This document shows positions 1-9,113 of a DNA stretch of 64,000 nucleotides, piece after piece (positions within the stretch are counted from its first letter, which is position 1; each line of letters opens with the position of its first letter). A program made the position numbers and the translations under genes. The notes beneath the pieces were generated by a model. It saw only the letters and a list, made by a program, of their open reading frames with translations, was not told the DNA's origin and made no database searches. Source of the DNA: an uncultured Bacilli bacterium (GTDB lineage Bacteria > Bacillota_I > Bacilli_A > RF39 > UBA660); contig CANQQV010000002.1 in the NCBI GenBank assembly GCA_947626095.1, forward strand, positions 1-64,000, written 5' to 3'.

Positions 1-81
1 GGTTTAGCAGCTGGTTTCTTATCATTTTCTGCTTTTGTTGAAACTACTACTTTGTAGTTACCTTCTTCTTTTACTGTATAA
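1..81. repeat. 3' constant-region direct repeat, copy 1 (identical to 3053-3133)
   Basis: 81 identical bases ending at a mismatch (82 t vs 3134 c); truncated by the window edge. Confidence 0.95.
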
Positions 82-1260
82 TCTTTTGCGACTAATTGAT
101 TAGTTACATTAATAGTAGCACCTCTACCATCAGCAACAACACCAGCAATAATTTCGTTTAAATATTTTCCACCAGTAAGAATGCCTTGGTATGCTTTAGC
201 TATAGTAGTTACACCATCTTTAGTAGTTGCACCTAAGTTAGTAATCATAATAGCTGGACGATCTTCAACTTCGGCTTCGAATGTTCCACCACTTATTGCA
301 TATGTAGCGTTATTATTTTGGAAATATAATGGATAAGTAGTTTCTGATACAAGAGTACCACCAGTTACTGTTAAAGTAGCTTTAGCAGAACCAGTAGTAA
401 TTACTGATGCTGTATTTGATTTAATTTTTCCACCTGAAACTACAACATCAGCATCAGCCATACTAATACCTCTTTGTGCAGATGTTACTGTACCATTAGC
501 AAATGTTAATTTCATACCATTATTAACTGTAAATGCTACATCTGTAGTATTATAAGTACCACCATTTACTGTAACATTAGCAGCTACTCCTCCATGAGAT
601 GCAGGAGCACCAGTTAAACCACTTTCAACTACAGCTTTTGCATCATATAATCCTCCAGCTAATGTAGCTTTAGAACCATGAGCAGCAACTGTAAGAACTG
701 CGCCAGTTGTATCAACATCTAAGTTAGTTAATGCTGCTACACCTGAGTTTTTAACTACTACACCTGTAGTAAGAGATTTTGCAACGATTGTTGTACCATC
801 TAAATTTAAAGTACCATCAGCATTATTAACTATAAAATCTGAAGCAGCACCAATTGAAGTGTATTTTCCACCTGTAATTGTAGTTGTACCATTATTAGTA
901 ACTAATGTTCCAATATTAGTAGCTTCAACATTTGTTAGTGTTAAATTACCACCTTTTTCAACTGTAAAAGCAAGAGCAGTGCCAGTTGTATTTTTAACAG
1001 TTAAGTTTGCGCCATTTTTAATAGTTAATGCTACATGATTTGAATCCATTACATGGTTATCAGCAAATTCAATTGAACCTGTTTTAGTAATGTTTGTACT
1101 AGTAAATGTAACATTAGTATATGCTACTAAATCGCCACCTTTTGTTACAAATTGTAACCATGCATCATTAAACTTATCATAACCTTCACCATTTAATGAT
1201 GCTTCACAAGCTTTATTAACACCAGGTAGGTTTTGACCAGGTAAGTTACATGTTGCTGTG

Positions 1261-1302
1261 CTAGCTGCACTAACAGTAACTACTGATAGTAATATTGCAC
1301 AT
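1261..1302. repeat. 5' constant-region direct repeat, copy 1 (42 bp, identical to 4199-4240)
   Basis: ctagctgcactaacagtaactactgatagtaatattgcacat; on the minus strand it encodes CAILLSVVTVSAA(S). Confidence 0.95.
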
Positions 1303-1319
1303 AGTGCAAATTAAAACAC

Positions 1320-1343
1320 AAAAAAACGAAGTATTTACTTCGT
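1320..1343 (-). terminator. Intrinsic terminator after the intact surface-protein gene, directly upstream of cassette A
   Basis: Minus strand ACGAAGTA-AA-TACTTCGT followed by T7. Confidence 0.8.
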
Positions 1344-1348
1344 CTTTC

Positions 1349-2839
1349 TTAATTATTTCTTAGTTTTCTTATAGAGATTAATGCTGTTCCTAAAGCAATT
1401 GTAGCTAACCCTACATATGTTGATCCGGCATCATAAGTATTAGGAGTTGGTTCTTCAATATTTTGATCTGGAGTTGTAATATTTTGTTCTGGGATTGTAC
1501 TTGGTTTATTGCTTCCTGAACTTTTTTCTACTAGAAGTGCCATAGCATTTATTAATGCTTGTTTTAATGCATCAATAGTTGATTGTTTATCAGATTTTAA
1601 ATCTCTATCTACTGCTTCAGCAGCTTTAATAGCTTCTTCTAATTTTTTTACTGATTCTTCTGTATATTTAGATTTATCTATTCCTTTAGCTTCGGATAAT
1701 GATTTATCTAAACCACTATAATCAGCTTCTGTAACAACTAAACCATTATCTAAGTATTCATAACCAGGAACTAAATAGTCTTTATGGGTAGAATTCATAC
1801 CTGAAAATTGACCACCAGTTATAAAAGGATCTCTAGTTTTTTCTTCTTTAATTTCTAAAGCACCTTTATTACCTGTAAATTTACCATCTGAAATAGATAT
1901 AGTTAGATTATCGTTAGCAGCATTTGTTGCAGGAGCACTAAATGCATAAGAGTTTTCACTAACCAAATCACCTCCAGTAATATTAACATCCATTGCAGCA
2001 GTAGGTTCAACATATACAGCAGCACCATTGTCATAAACATGTCCTTCAGATGATGCAGTAAATATTTGATCTTCACCAGTACCAGTAATATTACCACCAT
2101 TAACTACTAAATTACCTTTAGTCATTACAATACCAGTTTTCCCAGTAATTGAACCACTTTCTATAGTAATAGTGCCATTAGACATTTGTAATATACCAGG
2201 GCCATTTTTTCCATCTACTATGGCACCGTCATAAATATTAATATTTACAATACCAGTAGATTGCCATGACGAGTTAATTGCGGCAAATTCTTTTTCAGTA
2301 GAAGTACAGTTATTTTTAACTTGACCATATACATTTATAGTATTAGTATTGCCATTTCCCATTGCATAAATTGCTGCATTATTACCATCGCTCGTAACAA
2401 CTGTATTTTTATCAACATTTACTGTGTTATTACCTGCATTAAATAAATTAATTGCATAACCATTAGAACCATGAACATTCATAGACTCTAAATTAACAGT
2501 ACTACCATTTGCTATTGTTAATGGAGCAGTGTCTGTTGCTCCAGTTGATGATTCTAAAGTTCCATTTTTTAAAGTTACATTTGTATAAACAAGTAAACCA
2601 AAAGTACTATTGCTAAATGTAATATTATGATTTGCAAAATCAATTGTTTTAGCAATATTGGAACTAACTGAAATGAAATTACTGCTAGAGGTAATATTGC
2701 CACTTAAAGTACAAACACTATCACTACTTCTTAAGCAAGATTGTAAATCGGTGTCATTACTAACTTCTTGAGCATTAACACCAATTACTGATATAAGTAT
2801 TGCACAAATTGTGAATACAAATAATTTAATTTTTTTCAT
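1349..2839 (-). CDS. Intact cell-wall-anchored surface protein (signal peptide, beta-helix-like body, FIVAR-like helical domain, TPNTYD sorting signal); diverged paralog of the cassettes
   Basis: ATG at 2839 follows AGGAAG; MKKIKLFVFTICAILISVIGVNA is a signal peptide; C-terminus is PNTYDAG, a hydrophobic stretch, then RKLRNN. Confidence 0.85.
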   Translation of the reverse strand: MKKIKLFVFTICAILISVIGVNAQEVSNDTDLQSCLRSSDSVCTLSGNITSSSNFISVSSNIAKTIDFANHNITFSNSTFGLLVYTNVTLKNGTLESSTGATDTAPLTIANGSTVNLESMNVHGSNGYAINLFNAGNNTVNVDKNTVVTSDGNNAAIYAMGNGNTNTINVYGQVKNNCTSTEKEFAAINSSWQSTGIVNINIYDGAIVDGKNGPGILQMSNGTITIESGSITGKTGIVMTKGNLVVNGGNITGTGEDQIFTASSEGHVYDNGAAVYVEPTAAMDVNITGGDLVSENSYAFSAPATNAANDNLTISISDGKFTGNKGALEIKEEKTRDPFITGGQFSGMNSTHKDYLVPGYEYLDNGLVVTEADYSGLDKSLSEAKGIDKSKYTEESVKKLEEAIKAAEAVDRDLKSDKQSTIDALKQALINAMALLVEKSSGSNKPSTIPEQNITTPDQNIEEPTPNTYDAGSTYVGLATIALGTALISIRKLRNN

Positions 2840-2890
2840 TTTTTCTCTTCCTTTCCTATTTTGTGACGTTTTCCTCATGAATTGGTAAAT

Positions 2891-2921
2891 ATACTACCCC
2901 CCCCCGAGCCATATTTGTCAA
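2891..2921 (-). promoter_or_regulatory. Sigma-A-type promoter with a G9 tract in the -35/-10 spacer (candidate phase-variable promoter)
   Basis: TTGACA (2921-2916)-aatatggctc-G9-TAGTAT (2896-2891); spacer 19 nt. Confidence 0.7.
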
Positions 2922-2943
2922 GGATTAATTATTTATACTATTA

Positions 2944-4239
2944 TTAGTTATTTCTTAATTTTCTAACAGAAACAACACTTGCACCGATTGCACTTAATGC
3001 TAATCCCATATATACAAGACCTGCATCATATGTGTTTGGAGCTTGTTCTTCTGGTTTAGCAGCTGGTTTCTTATCATTTTCTGCTTTTGTTGAAACTACT
3101 ACTTTGTAGTTACCTTCTTCTTTTACTGTATAACCTTCAGCTACTAATTCGTCTGAAACAACTACAGTACCTTGATCAGCATTTAATACTTTAGCAATAA
3201 TGTTAGTTAAATATTTACCACCAGTTAAGATACCTTTTAATGCTGGAACAACATGTGTTTCACCATCTTTAGTTTCAGTGAATGCACCTTCTAAACCAAT
3301 TGCTGCTTTAACAGTTTTTCCACTTTCGAAAGTACCAGCTGTTACTTTGTAAACACCTTTAGTATTTCTAAGTAGTAATGCGTAAGTATTTGCATTGTCA
3401 GAAATAACTGTACCGCCGTTAATAGTTAATTTAGTTGCATCTGTTGTACCTTCAACAATTATAGCGTTATTACCTTTTGCTACTAGTTCACCATCGTTTA
3501 CAACTAACTCAGCTTCAGTGACTCTTGCAACTGCAACATCACTCTCAATATTAGCTCCATCGACTGTAACAATTACACCATTTGTAAGTGTTAAAGCTTG
3601 AGCTTTAGTAGTATAGTCACCTTTTACTGAAACAGTAGATGCAGGATTTCTTCTGTCTGCTGCTGAAGTACTACTGTCAACAGCAACAATAGTATTTACT
3701 GTATATGTACCATTGATTGTTGCTTTAGCATTTGCTTTAGAAGTATAAACAACATTAGCTTTTGGTAAATCTACATTAACATCACTTGCGATATTTAAAG
3801 TTCCGCTATTTGATACTAATGACCAGTCATATGCAGCACCTGTAATTTTTAGGCTTGTTAAGTTCAAACTTCCTCCAGTTCTTACAACAAATGCAGTTAC
3901 AGTAGGATCATCAAGAACAACTTCACCATTTTTTACAGTTAATGTTACACCATTGTCTGCTGCATATTGACCAGCAGCACCAAAAGTCAATTTGTGTCCA
4001 TTAAGATCAACTACTAATGACTTAGCAATGGCATTACTTGATTGTCTACCAAAATCTTTATATGCTGTAAATGTTCCACCATCTCTAGCTGCAACAACCC
4101 ATGCATTAGATATATTGTCAAATCCAACACCATTAACTGTTGCTTCACATTCACCAGATTTTGTCCAGTTTTTACCATCAGCTGGAATTTCACAAATACT
4201 AGCTGCACTAACAGTAACTACTGATAGTAATATTGCACA
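2944..4239 (-). pseudogene. Headless (silent) cassette B of the same surface-protein family, with APNTYD sorting signal
   Basis: The frame of ORF 2944..3990 extends without a stop to 4239 (CAILLSVVTVSAASICEIPADGKNW...). An in-frame TAA sits at 4242-4240, with no RBS and no signal-peptide n-region. It ends PNTYDAGLVYMGLALSAIGASVVSVRKLRNN. Confidence 0.85.
3053..3133. repeat. 3' constant-region direct repeat, copy 2
   Basis: Identical to 1-81. Confidence 0.95.
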
Positions 4240-4240
4240 T
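4199..4240. repeat. 5' constant-region direct repeat, copy 2
   Basis: Identical to 1261-1302. Confidence 0.95.
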
Positions 4241-4254
4241 TAAGTTTTTAAGAC

Positions 4255-4282
4255 AAAATAAAAGAATCTATTGCTAGATTCT
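4255..4282 (-). terminator. Intrinsic terminator overlapping the nth stop codon, directly upstream of cassette B
   Basis: AGAATCTA-GCAA-TAGATTCT followed by a T-rich tail on the minus strand. Confidence 0.7.
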
Positions 4283-4900
4283 AGTTTTATCTTTTGATGT
4301 ACAATCGTTAATAAATGAACAGTTTTGACATTCAGGATGACGAGCTTTACAAATATAGCGACCAAATAAAACTAATTGATGATGAGATTTACTCCATAGT
4401 TCTTGAGGAATTATTTTCATTAGCTTTTTTTCAACTTTTAAAACGTCATCATTTGGTTTAGCTAGTTTTAATCTTTTACTTACTCTTTCAACATGAGTAT
4501 CAACAGCTATAGCTGGGACATCATATAAGTTAGATAAGACAACGTTGGTTGTTTTACGACCAACTCCTGGTAAACTTTCTAAATATTCACGATTGTTAGG
4601 AACTACACCATGATAGTTTTTAATTAAACTTTGAGCTATTTCGATAATATAAGAAGATTTTTTAGTATAGGAACCACAACTTCTTATAATATTTTCAATA
4701 TCTATTTTATTAGCAGTAGCTAAAGTATTTAGATCATATTTATTAAATAGGACTTTAGTTACTTCATTAACTCGTTTATCTGTACATTGAGCAGATAAGA
4801 CAGTAGCGATAAGTAATTCATAATCTTTATTATAATTTAGTTCACAACGAGCATCTGGAAACATATTATCTAGTTTTTTATTAAAATCTTCTATTATCAT
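4274..4900 (-). CDS. nth: Endonuclease III
   Basis: LSAQCTD, HhH motif LPGVGRKT, AVDTHV and a C-terminal 4Fe-4S Cys cluster. Confidence 0.95.
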   Translation of the reverse strand: MIIEDFNKKLDNMFPDARCELNYNKDYELLIATVLSAQCTDKRVNEVTKVLFNKYDLNTLATANKIDIENIIRSCGSYTKKSSYIIEIAQSLIKNYHGVVPNNREYLESLPGVGRKTTNVVLSNLYDVPAIAVDTHVERVSKRLKLAKPNDDVLKVEKKLMKIIPQELWSKSHHQLVLFGRYICKARHPECQNCSFINDCTSKDKTRI

Positions 4901-5559
4901 TCACTATCTAACCAATCATAATCTAATATTTCTTGTTCTTTTTTACTTATCTCTTTGTTTTTATTTTTACTATCTTTTCTATTTTTTAAATAGTTATTAA
5001 CATCATCCATCGTTTTAAAGCCTTTTTTAGACCAAGCATCAATTATTTTATCAATATACCTAAAATTACTCACACCATTATAAATCGCTTCTCTAAGGGC
5101 CCCTAAAATGATTTCTTCGCTAATACCAATATCTAACCAACCATTAATTATTTCTAATTCCATTGGTGACATAGTTCTGCCTAATTCACTTTCAAAGCTT
5201 CTAAAGATATCAGTTTCAGTTTCTTTTTTAACATCATCCATTGTATTATTAATAATATTTTCATAGATACCTTTTAAAGATACGACTTCGTTATAACGAC
5301 TTTCTATATCTTTAACACTTTCTAATGATACTAAACCTTTAACCATTAGAGAGTTAAAAGCTTCCATCGCCTCATTAGTATCGATACCTAAAGAACTACT
5401 TACTAGTTCTATTTCAAATACTTTATTAAAGCTATTATCAAAATAAGCTAAGACTAAGAATTCATTTAAACTTAGTTTATTATCTAAAGCGACTTTAATT
5501 AAGTAATCATTAATAACTAATTTTTTAGAAGTTAAAATCTTATATAACTGCTCCTTCAT
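4897..5559 (-). CDS. dnaD: DNA replication protein DnaD
   Basis: FESELGR, YIDKIIDAW and a C-terminal YDWL; the dnaD-nth gene order is typical of Bacilli. Confidence 0.85.
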   Translation of the reverse strand: MKEQLYKILTSKKLVINDYLIKVALDNKLSLNEFLVLAYFDNSFNKVFEIELVSSSLGIDTNEAMEAFNSLMVKGLVSLESVKDIESRYNEVVSLKGIYENIINNTMDDVKKETETDIFRSFESELGRTMSPMELEIINGWLDIGISEEIILGALREAIYNGVSNFRYIDKIIDAWSKKGFKTMDDVNNYLKNRKDSKNKNKEISKKEQEILDYDWLDSE

Positions 5560-6652
5560 TTAACCACTTCTTTCGATTAAGTGAGATATAATCTTTTATT
5601 AAGTTATTATTATTTTCTAATTCACCTTTTAAGATTACATCTTTTAATTCATCATATACTTCCCCTATTATACGACCAGGTTTAGTATTTAAAACTTTAC
5701 ATATTTCAGCACTAGTAATATTTATATCTTTAATACTAGTAATTATTAAATGTTTATTTAAATCAGCTATATATTCTTTATCGATACCTAGAATATCACC
5801 TGCAACCATTGCTAGATATAAGCCATAATTAAATAATACGTTTTCATCTATAATACCATAATTAACAATATTTTTGATATTTTTTATATTTTCTTTTTCT
5901 TCTTTAGAAAATGGTAGTTCTTCTTTTATTTCTAATTGACTATACATACCACATATATCACTTATATAGATAATATTTTCTTTATAATCAATGCCAATAT
6001 ATGGAAGAAAACCTAAATCTTTTAAAAGTTTCAGACCAACTTTAGCATTTTTATTAACAAGAATTTTATTTAGTTCCTCTTTAATTCTTTCTCTTGATAA
6101 TTCATTTATTAAGTGACGATTTCTTTTTAGTTCTTTATATAGATTTTCTTCGATTCTAAATTCTAGGACCGTAGCAAATCGAACTGCTCTTAACATTCTT
6201 AAAGGGTCTTCATTAAGACGATCAGTGATATTACCAACACATCTTATTATTTTATTTTCAATATCTTTTTTACCATCATAAACATCGATAATACTACCAT
6301 CTTTATTCATACAGATAGCATTCATCGTAAAGTCTCTTCTTTCGATATCATCCATTAAGTTATCAACATATTCAATTTCAACTTTACGACGATTACCATT
6401 ATATTTTAGATCACGACGATATGTAGTAATATCGATTCGTAAATCATTACTAGATATTTTAACTGAACCATATTCGTTAGAAGTAATATTATAATCACTA
6501 AAGATATCAATTAGTTCTTTAACACGAGCATTAGTACAAATATCAATATCATTAGTTTCAATACCTAGTAAGTGATCTCTTACATAACCACCAACGATAT
6601 AGGCTTCAAAACCATTTTCTTCTATTTTGTTTAATATTTCTGTTACTTTCAT
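5540..6652 (-). CDS. cca: CCA tRNA nucleotidyltransferase (class II)
   Basis: VGGYVRD..DIDI, RRDFTMNA and EDPLRMLRAVRF motifs. Confidence 0.9.
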   Translation of the reverse strand: MKVTEILNKIEENGFEAYIVGGYVRDHLLGIETNDIDICTNARVKELIDIFSDYNITSNEYGSVKISSNDLRIDITTYRRDLKYNGNRRKVEIEYVDNLMDDIERRDFTMNAICMNKDGSIIDVYDGKKDIENKIIRCVGNITDRLNEDPLRMLRAVRFATVLEFRIEENLYKELKRNRHLINELSRERIKEELNKILVNKNAKVGLKLLKDLGFLPYIGIDYKENIIYISDICGMYSQLEIKEELPFSKEEKENIKNIKNIVNYGIIDENVLFNYGLYLAMVAGDILGIDKEYIADLNKHLIITSIKDINITSAEICKVLNTKPGRIIGEVYDELKDVILKGELENNNNLIKDYISLNRKKWLNEGAVI

Positions 6653-6748
6653 TAATTATCCCTCATTAAAATTATATCATACATAAAGTTAATATATTTT
6701 TAGAAAAACGTAACTATACATAAAAAAAAGGAAAATTTATTTCCTTTT

Positions 6749-8986
6749 TTATACCATGTATTTTTTATTAACCTTGAAGTAAACTAAGACACCTAAAGAT
6801 ATTATTAATACTAGGAATACAACTAATATTTTATCAGCAGTATTAGGTAGTTTAACTGTTTTAGAATTAGTAACTACGACTCTATTTTCAAGGCCATCTT
6901 GGATAGCTTTATTATTACCTTCATATGAAGCAACATAACCTTTTGTATTTTTTTCTTTTACTTCATATGTTGTACCTTCTGGAATATTAATAGCAGTCTT
7001 AGTTTCACCATCTTTTAAAGTGAAGGTTGCAACACCGTCTTTAAAGTTCATTTCACCATAAACGCCATTAATTTCTTTATCACTTAATGTAACAGTAAAG
7101 GTAAATTCTTTTTCTTTATCTTCAGCAGTACCAATAACTTTTTTAGTTACAACTAGAAGACCAGTATTTATCTTTGTATTAGTAAAATAAGCATCAGTTA
7201 TTTTAGCACCTTCAATGATACCTTCGGTATTTTTAGCATTTACTTTATATCCTTGACTATCTACTTCTATTACTTTATATGTTGTACCTGTTAATAAACC
7301 AATTAATCTTATTGTAGAACCGGCTTTAATTTTAATAGTAGCTGTTTTAGTATTATCTTTTTCCGTAGTAAAAGTTAATTTTTGATAAGCAGTATTACCA
7401 TTTACCGTATATAAATATTCATTTGGTATTTCTTTACCCTTTGGAGCAGTTAAAACTATTTTAAAGCTAAATTCTTTATCAAATTTTTCTGTACCAGCAT
7501 CTTCAAATAAACGTTTTGTTATTTGTAAGTCGCCATAGTTTTTATCCCAGTTAACAACATTTACTTCAAGCTCATGACCAGTAATATTATTAACAGTTCC
7601 ATAATATCTATTACCATCTTGAGTTAAACCAGCTAAATTTGATGAATAAGAAGCAACATATTTATCAGTATCTTCAACAATATCAACATACATTTTGCCA
7701 CTAGATTTTTTAGCTACTTCTGGTTCAACACAAACTGACCATTTTTTAGTCGTATAACTAGAATTAGTTCTTTGATAAAATTTTATTATTTCATAATGAT
7801 CAGTAACATAGTTGTCATATTCTGTACCATATTTTTCTTCTAAGTAGTCTATATAGTAGTCATAGAAAGCTAACTGATCAGCATAATTTTCTTTTAAATA
7901 GGTTTTGAAGGAATCAGCTTCTTGGAAGTCAACACTATACTCTTCTAATGAATAACAATTATCTTTGCAGTAATCATCTAATGAATTGTAATCTTCATCA
8001 TCAAGGCTTTCAAAATCTTCTTCTTTTTCAGCCATATAAGATTCATAGGCATCTTCATAGTTTTCTTTTAGATATTCTTCATATTTAGAATAATATTGTT
8101 GATATGAGTCAGAATGCTTTTCTTTTAAGAAGTCAGTATAAGTTTCATCATGTTCATATTCAGAATAATCTTCAATAGTATTAAAATAATTAGCTGTTAA
8201 AGTATCGTCAGTATCATCTAGATAAGCACCAACTTTTAACTCAGCTTCCCACTCTTTAACAGTTGGTGGATAAACAGATTTTTCAACATCAAATGAACTT
8301 TCGACACCTTCAACAATATAACCAGGGGTTGCACTCATTGCTAAACAACCTAAACGTGGGAATGCCACATCATATTCGGTTTTAGTAACTTTATGTTCAA
8401 ATGTAACATTTATTTTATTATAATCGTCTTTTTCGACTTTTATATTATTACCTTTACTATTAACAGATACTTTAAGACCATCATCATCTTCAGACTCTTC
8501 AACAACAACTTCAATAGGTCCTAAAAGAGCAGCATTCTTTTCCGCAATTAATGATTCATAGATTAAATATACTCCTTTAGGAATATCTACTAGTTGAATC
8601 TTACCATTACTATCGGTTTTTAATTGCGTCGCTTCGCCGACTTTATCAGTATATTCATCGATTTCATAACCAGAATCTTTTTTACTTAAAATAGCATAAG
8701 CTTTAAATTGATAATCATTATTCTGCCAACAAACGCCTGTACAAGAATCTTCCAGAGCTAGTTTTAAACCAACATTAGATAGATTTTTGTTTACACCAAT
8801 ATCAACTTGTTTTACTTGAATATCAATATCGACAGTTTTTGCGTTTTTATCAAGGGTAAATTCCTTAATATTATCATCAGCTTTTGAGTTAATTACAGTT
8901 GTTAAAACAGCCAAACACATTAAGAAGAATAAAATACCCACGATTATTATTTTGCGGTTTTTGTAAAGATATGTTTCTTTATTCAT
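6749..8986 (-). CDS. Cell-wall-anchored Ig-like (Cna-B/SpaA-type repeat) surface protein with LPNTAD sorting signal
   Basis: Signal peptide; two C-terminal repeats of the form G.L.(I/V)TK...F.F...Y.V.E...VTN; LPNTAD, then a TM segment and basic tail; RBS GGAGG before the ATG at 8986. Confidence 0.75.
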   Translation of the reverse strand: MNKETYLYKNRKIIIVGILFFLMCLAVLTTVINSKADDNIKEFTLDKNAKTVDIDIQVKQVDIGVNKNLSNVGLKLALEDSCTGVCWQNNDYQFKAYAILSKKDSGYEIDEYTDKVGEATQLKTDSNGKIQLVDIPKGVYLIYESLIAEKNAALLGPIEVVVEESEDDDGLKVSVNSKGNNIKVEKDDYNKINVTFEHKVTKTEYDVAFPRLGCLAMSATPGYIVEGVESSFDVEKSVYPPTVKEWEAELKVGAYLDDTDDTLTANYFNTIEDYSEYEHDETYTDFLKEKHSDSYQQYYSKYEEYLKENYEDAYESYMAEKEEDFESLDDEDYNSLDDYCKDNCYSLEEYSVDFQEADSFKTYLKENYADQLAFYDYYIDYLEEKYGTEYDNYVTDHYEIIKFYQRTNSSYTTKKWSVCVEPEVAKKSSGKMYVDIVEDTDKYVASYSSNLAGLTQDGNRYYGTVNNITGHELEVNVVNWDKNYGDLQITKRLFEDAGTEKFDKEFSFKIVLTAPKGKEIPNEYLYTVNGNTAYQKLTFTTEKDNTKTATIKIKAGSTIRLIGLLTGTTYKVIEVDSQGYKVNAKNTEGIIEGAKITDAYFTNTKINTGLLVVTKKVIGTAEDKEKEFTFTVTLSDKEINGVYGEMNFKDGVATFTLKDGETKTAINIPEGTTYEVKEKNTKGYVASYEGNNKAIQDGLENRVVVTNSKTVKLPNTADKILVVFLVLIISLGVLVYFKVNKKYMV

Positions 8987-9065
8987 TTTATCTTCCTCCA
9001 TTTACATACTTTACAGTACATATTTTGTCTACTTTAATTATATCAAATTACTATTTTTAGGCAAT

Positions 9066-9088
9066 AAAAAAGAGGATAATTCCTCTTT
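9066..9088 (-). terminator. Intrinsic terminator
   Basis: AAAGAGGA-N-TCCTCTTT hairpin with T tail. Confidence 0.7.
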
Positions 9089-9113
9089 AGTTTGTCAAGT
9101 AACTGTCTTTTTT

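Larger units (their letters stand above)
1..1310 (-). pseudogene. Headless (silent) cassette A of a secreted, cell-wall-anchored beta-helix-like surface protein; 3' end runs off the window
   Basis: Manual translation is open from 1310 to the window edge (FALCAILLSVVTVSAASTATCNLPG...YTVKEEGNYKVVVSTKAENDKKPAAKP). It starts mid-signal-peptide directly after an in-frame TAA (1313-1311), with no start codon or RBS. It is absent from the ORF track because its stop codon lies outside the window. Confidence 0.85.

Noticed and set aside
1349-2839. The intact middle gene as the expression site for the cassettes
   Set aside because: Its signal-peptide and anchor DNA are only similar to the 42-bp and 81-bp constant segments, not identical, and it carries an extra FIVAR-like domain. 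It is a diverged paralog.
2944-3990. ORF-track TTG start at 3990 giving a 348-aa protein
   Set aside because: The frame and the homology to cassette A continue to 4239. A product starting at 3990 would have an anchor but no signal peptide.
4208-4240. ATG inside the 42-bp repeat as a start codon
   Set aside because: It is out of frame (MCNITISSYC-stop) and has no RBS.
1-4242. Diversity-generating retroelement or invertible shufflon
   Set aside because: There is no reverse transcriptase or recombinase in the window, the repeats are exact rather than adenine-mutated, and they are in direct orientation.
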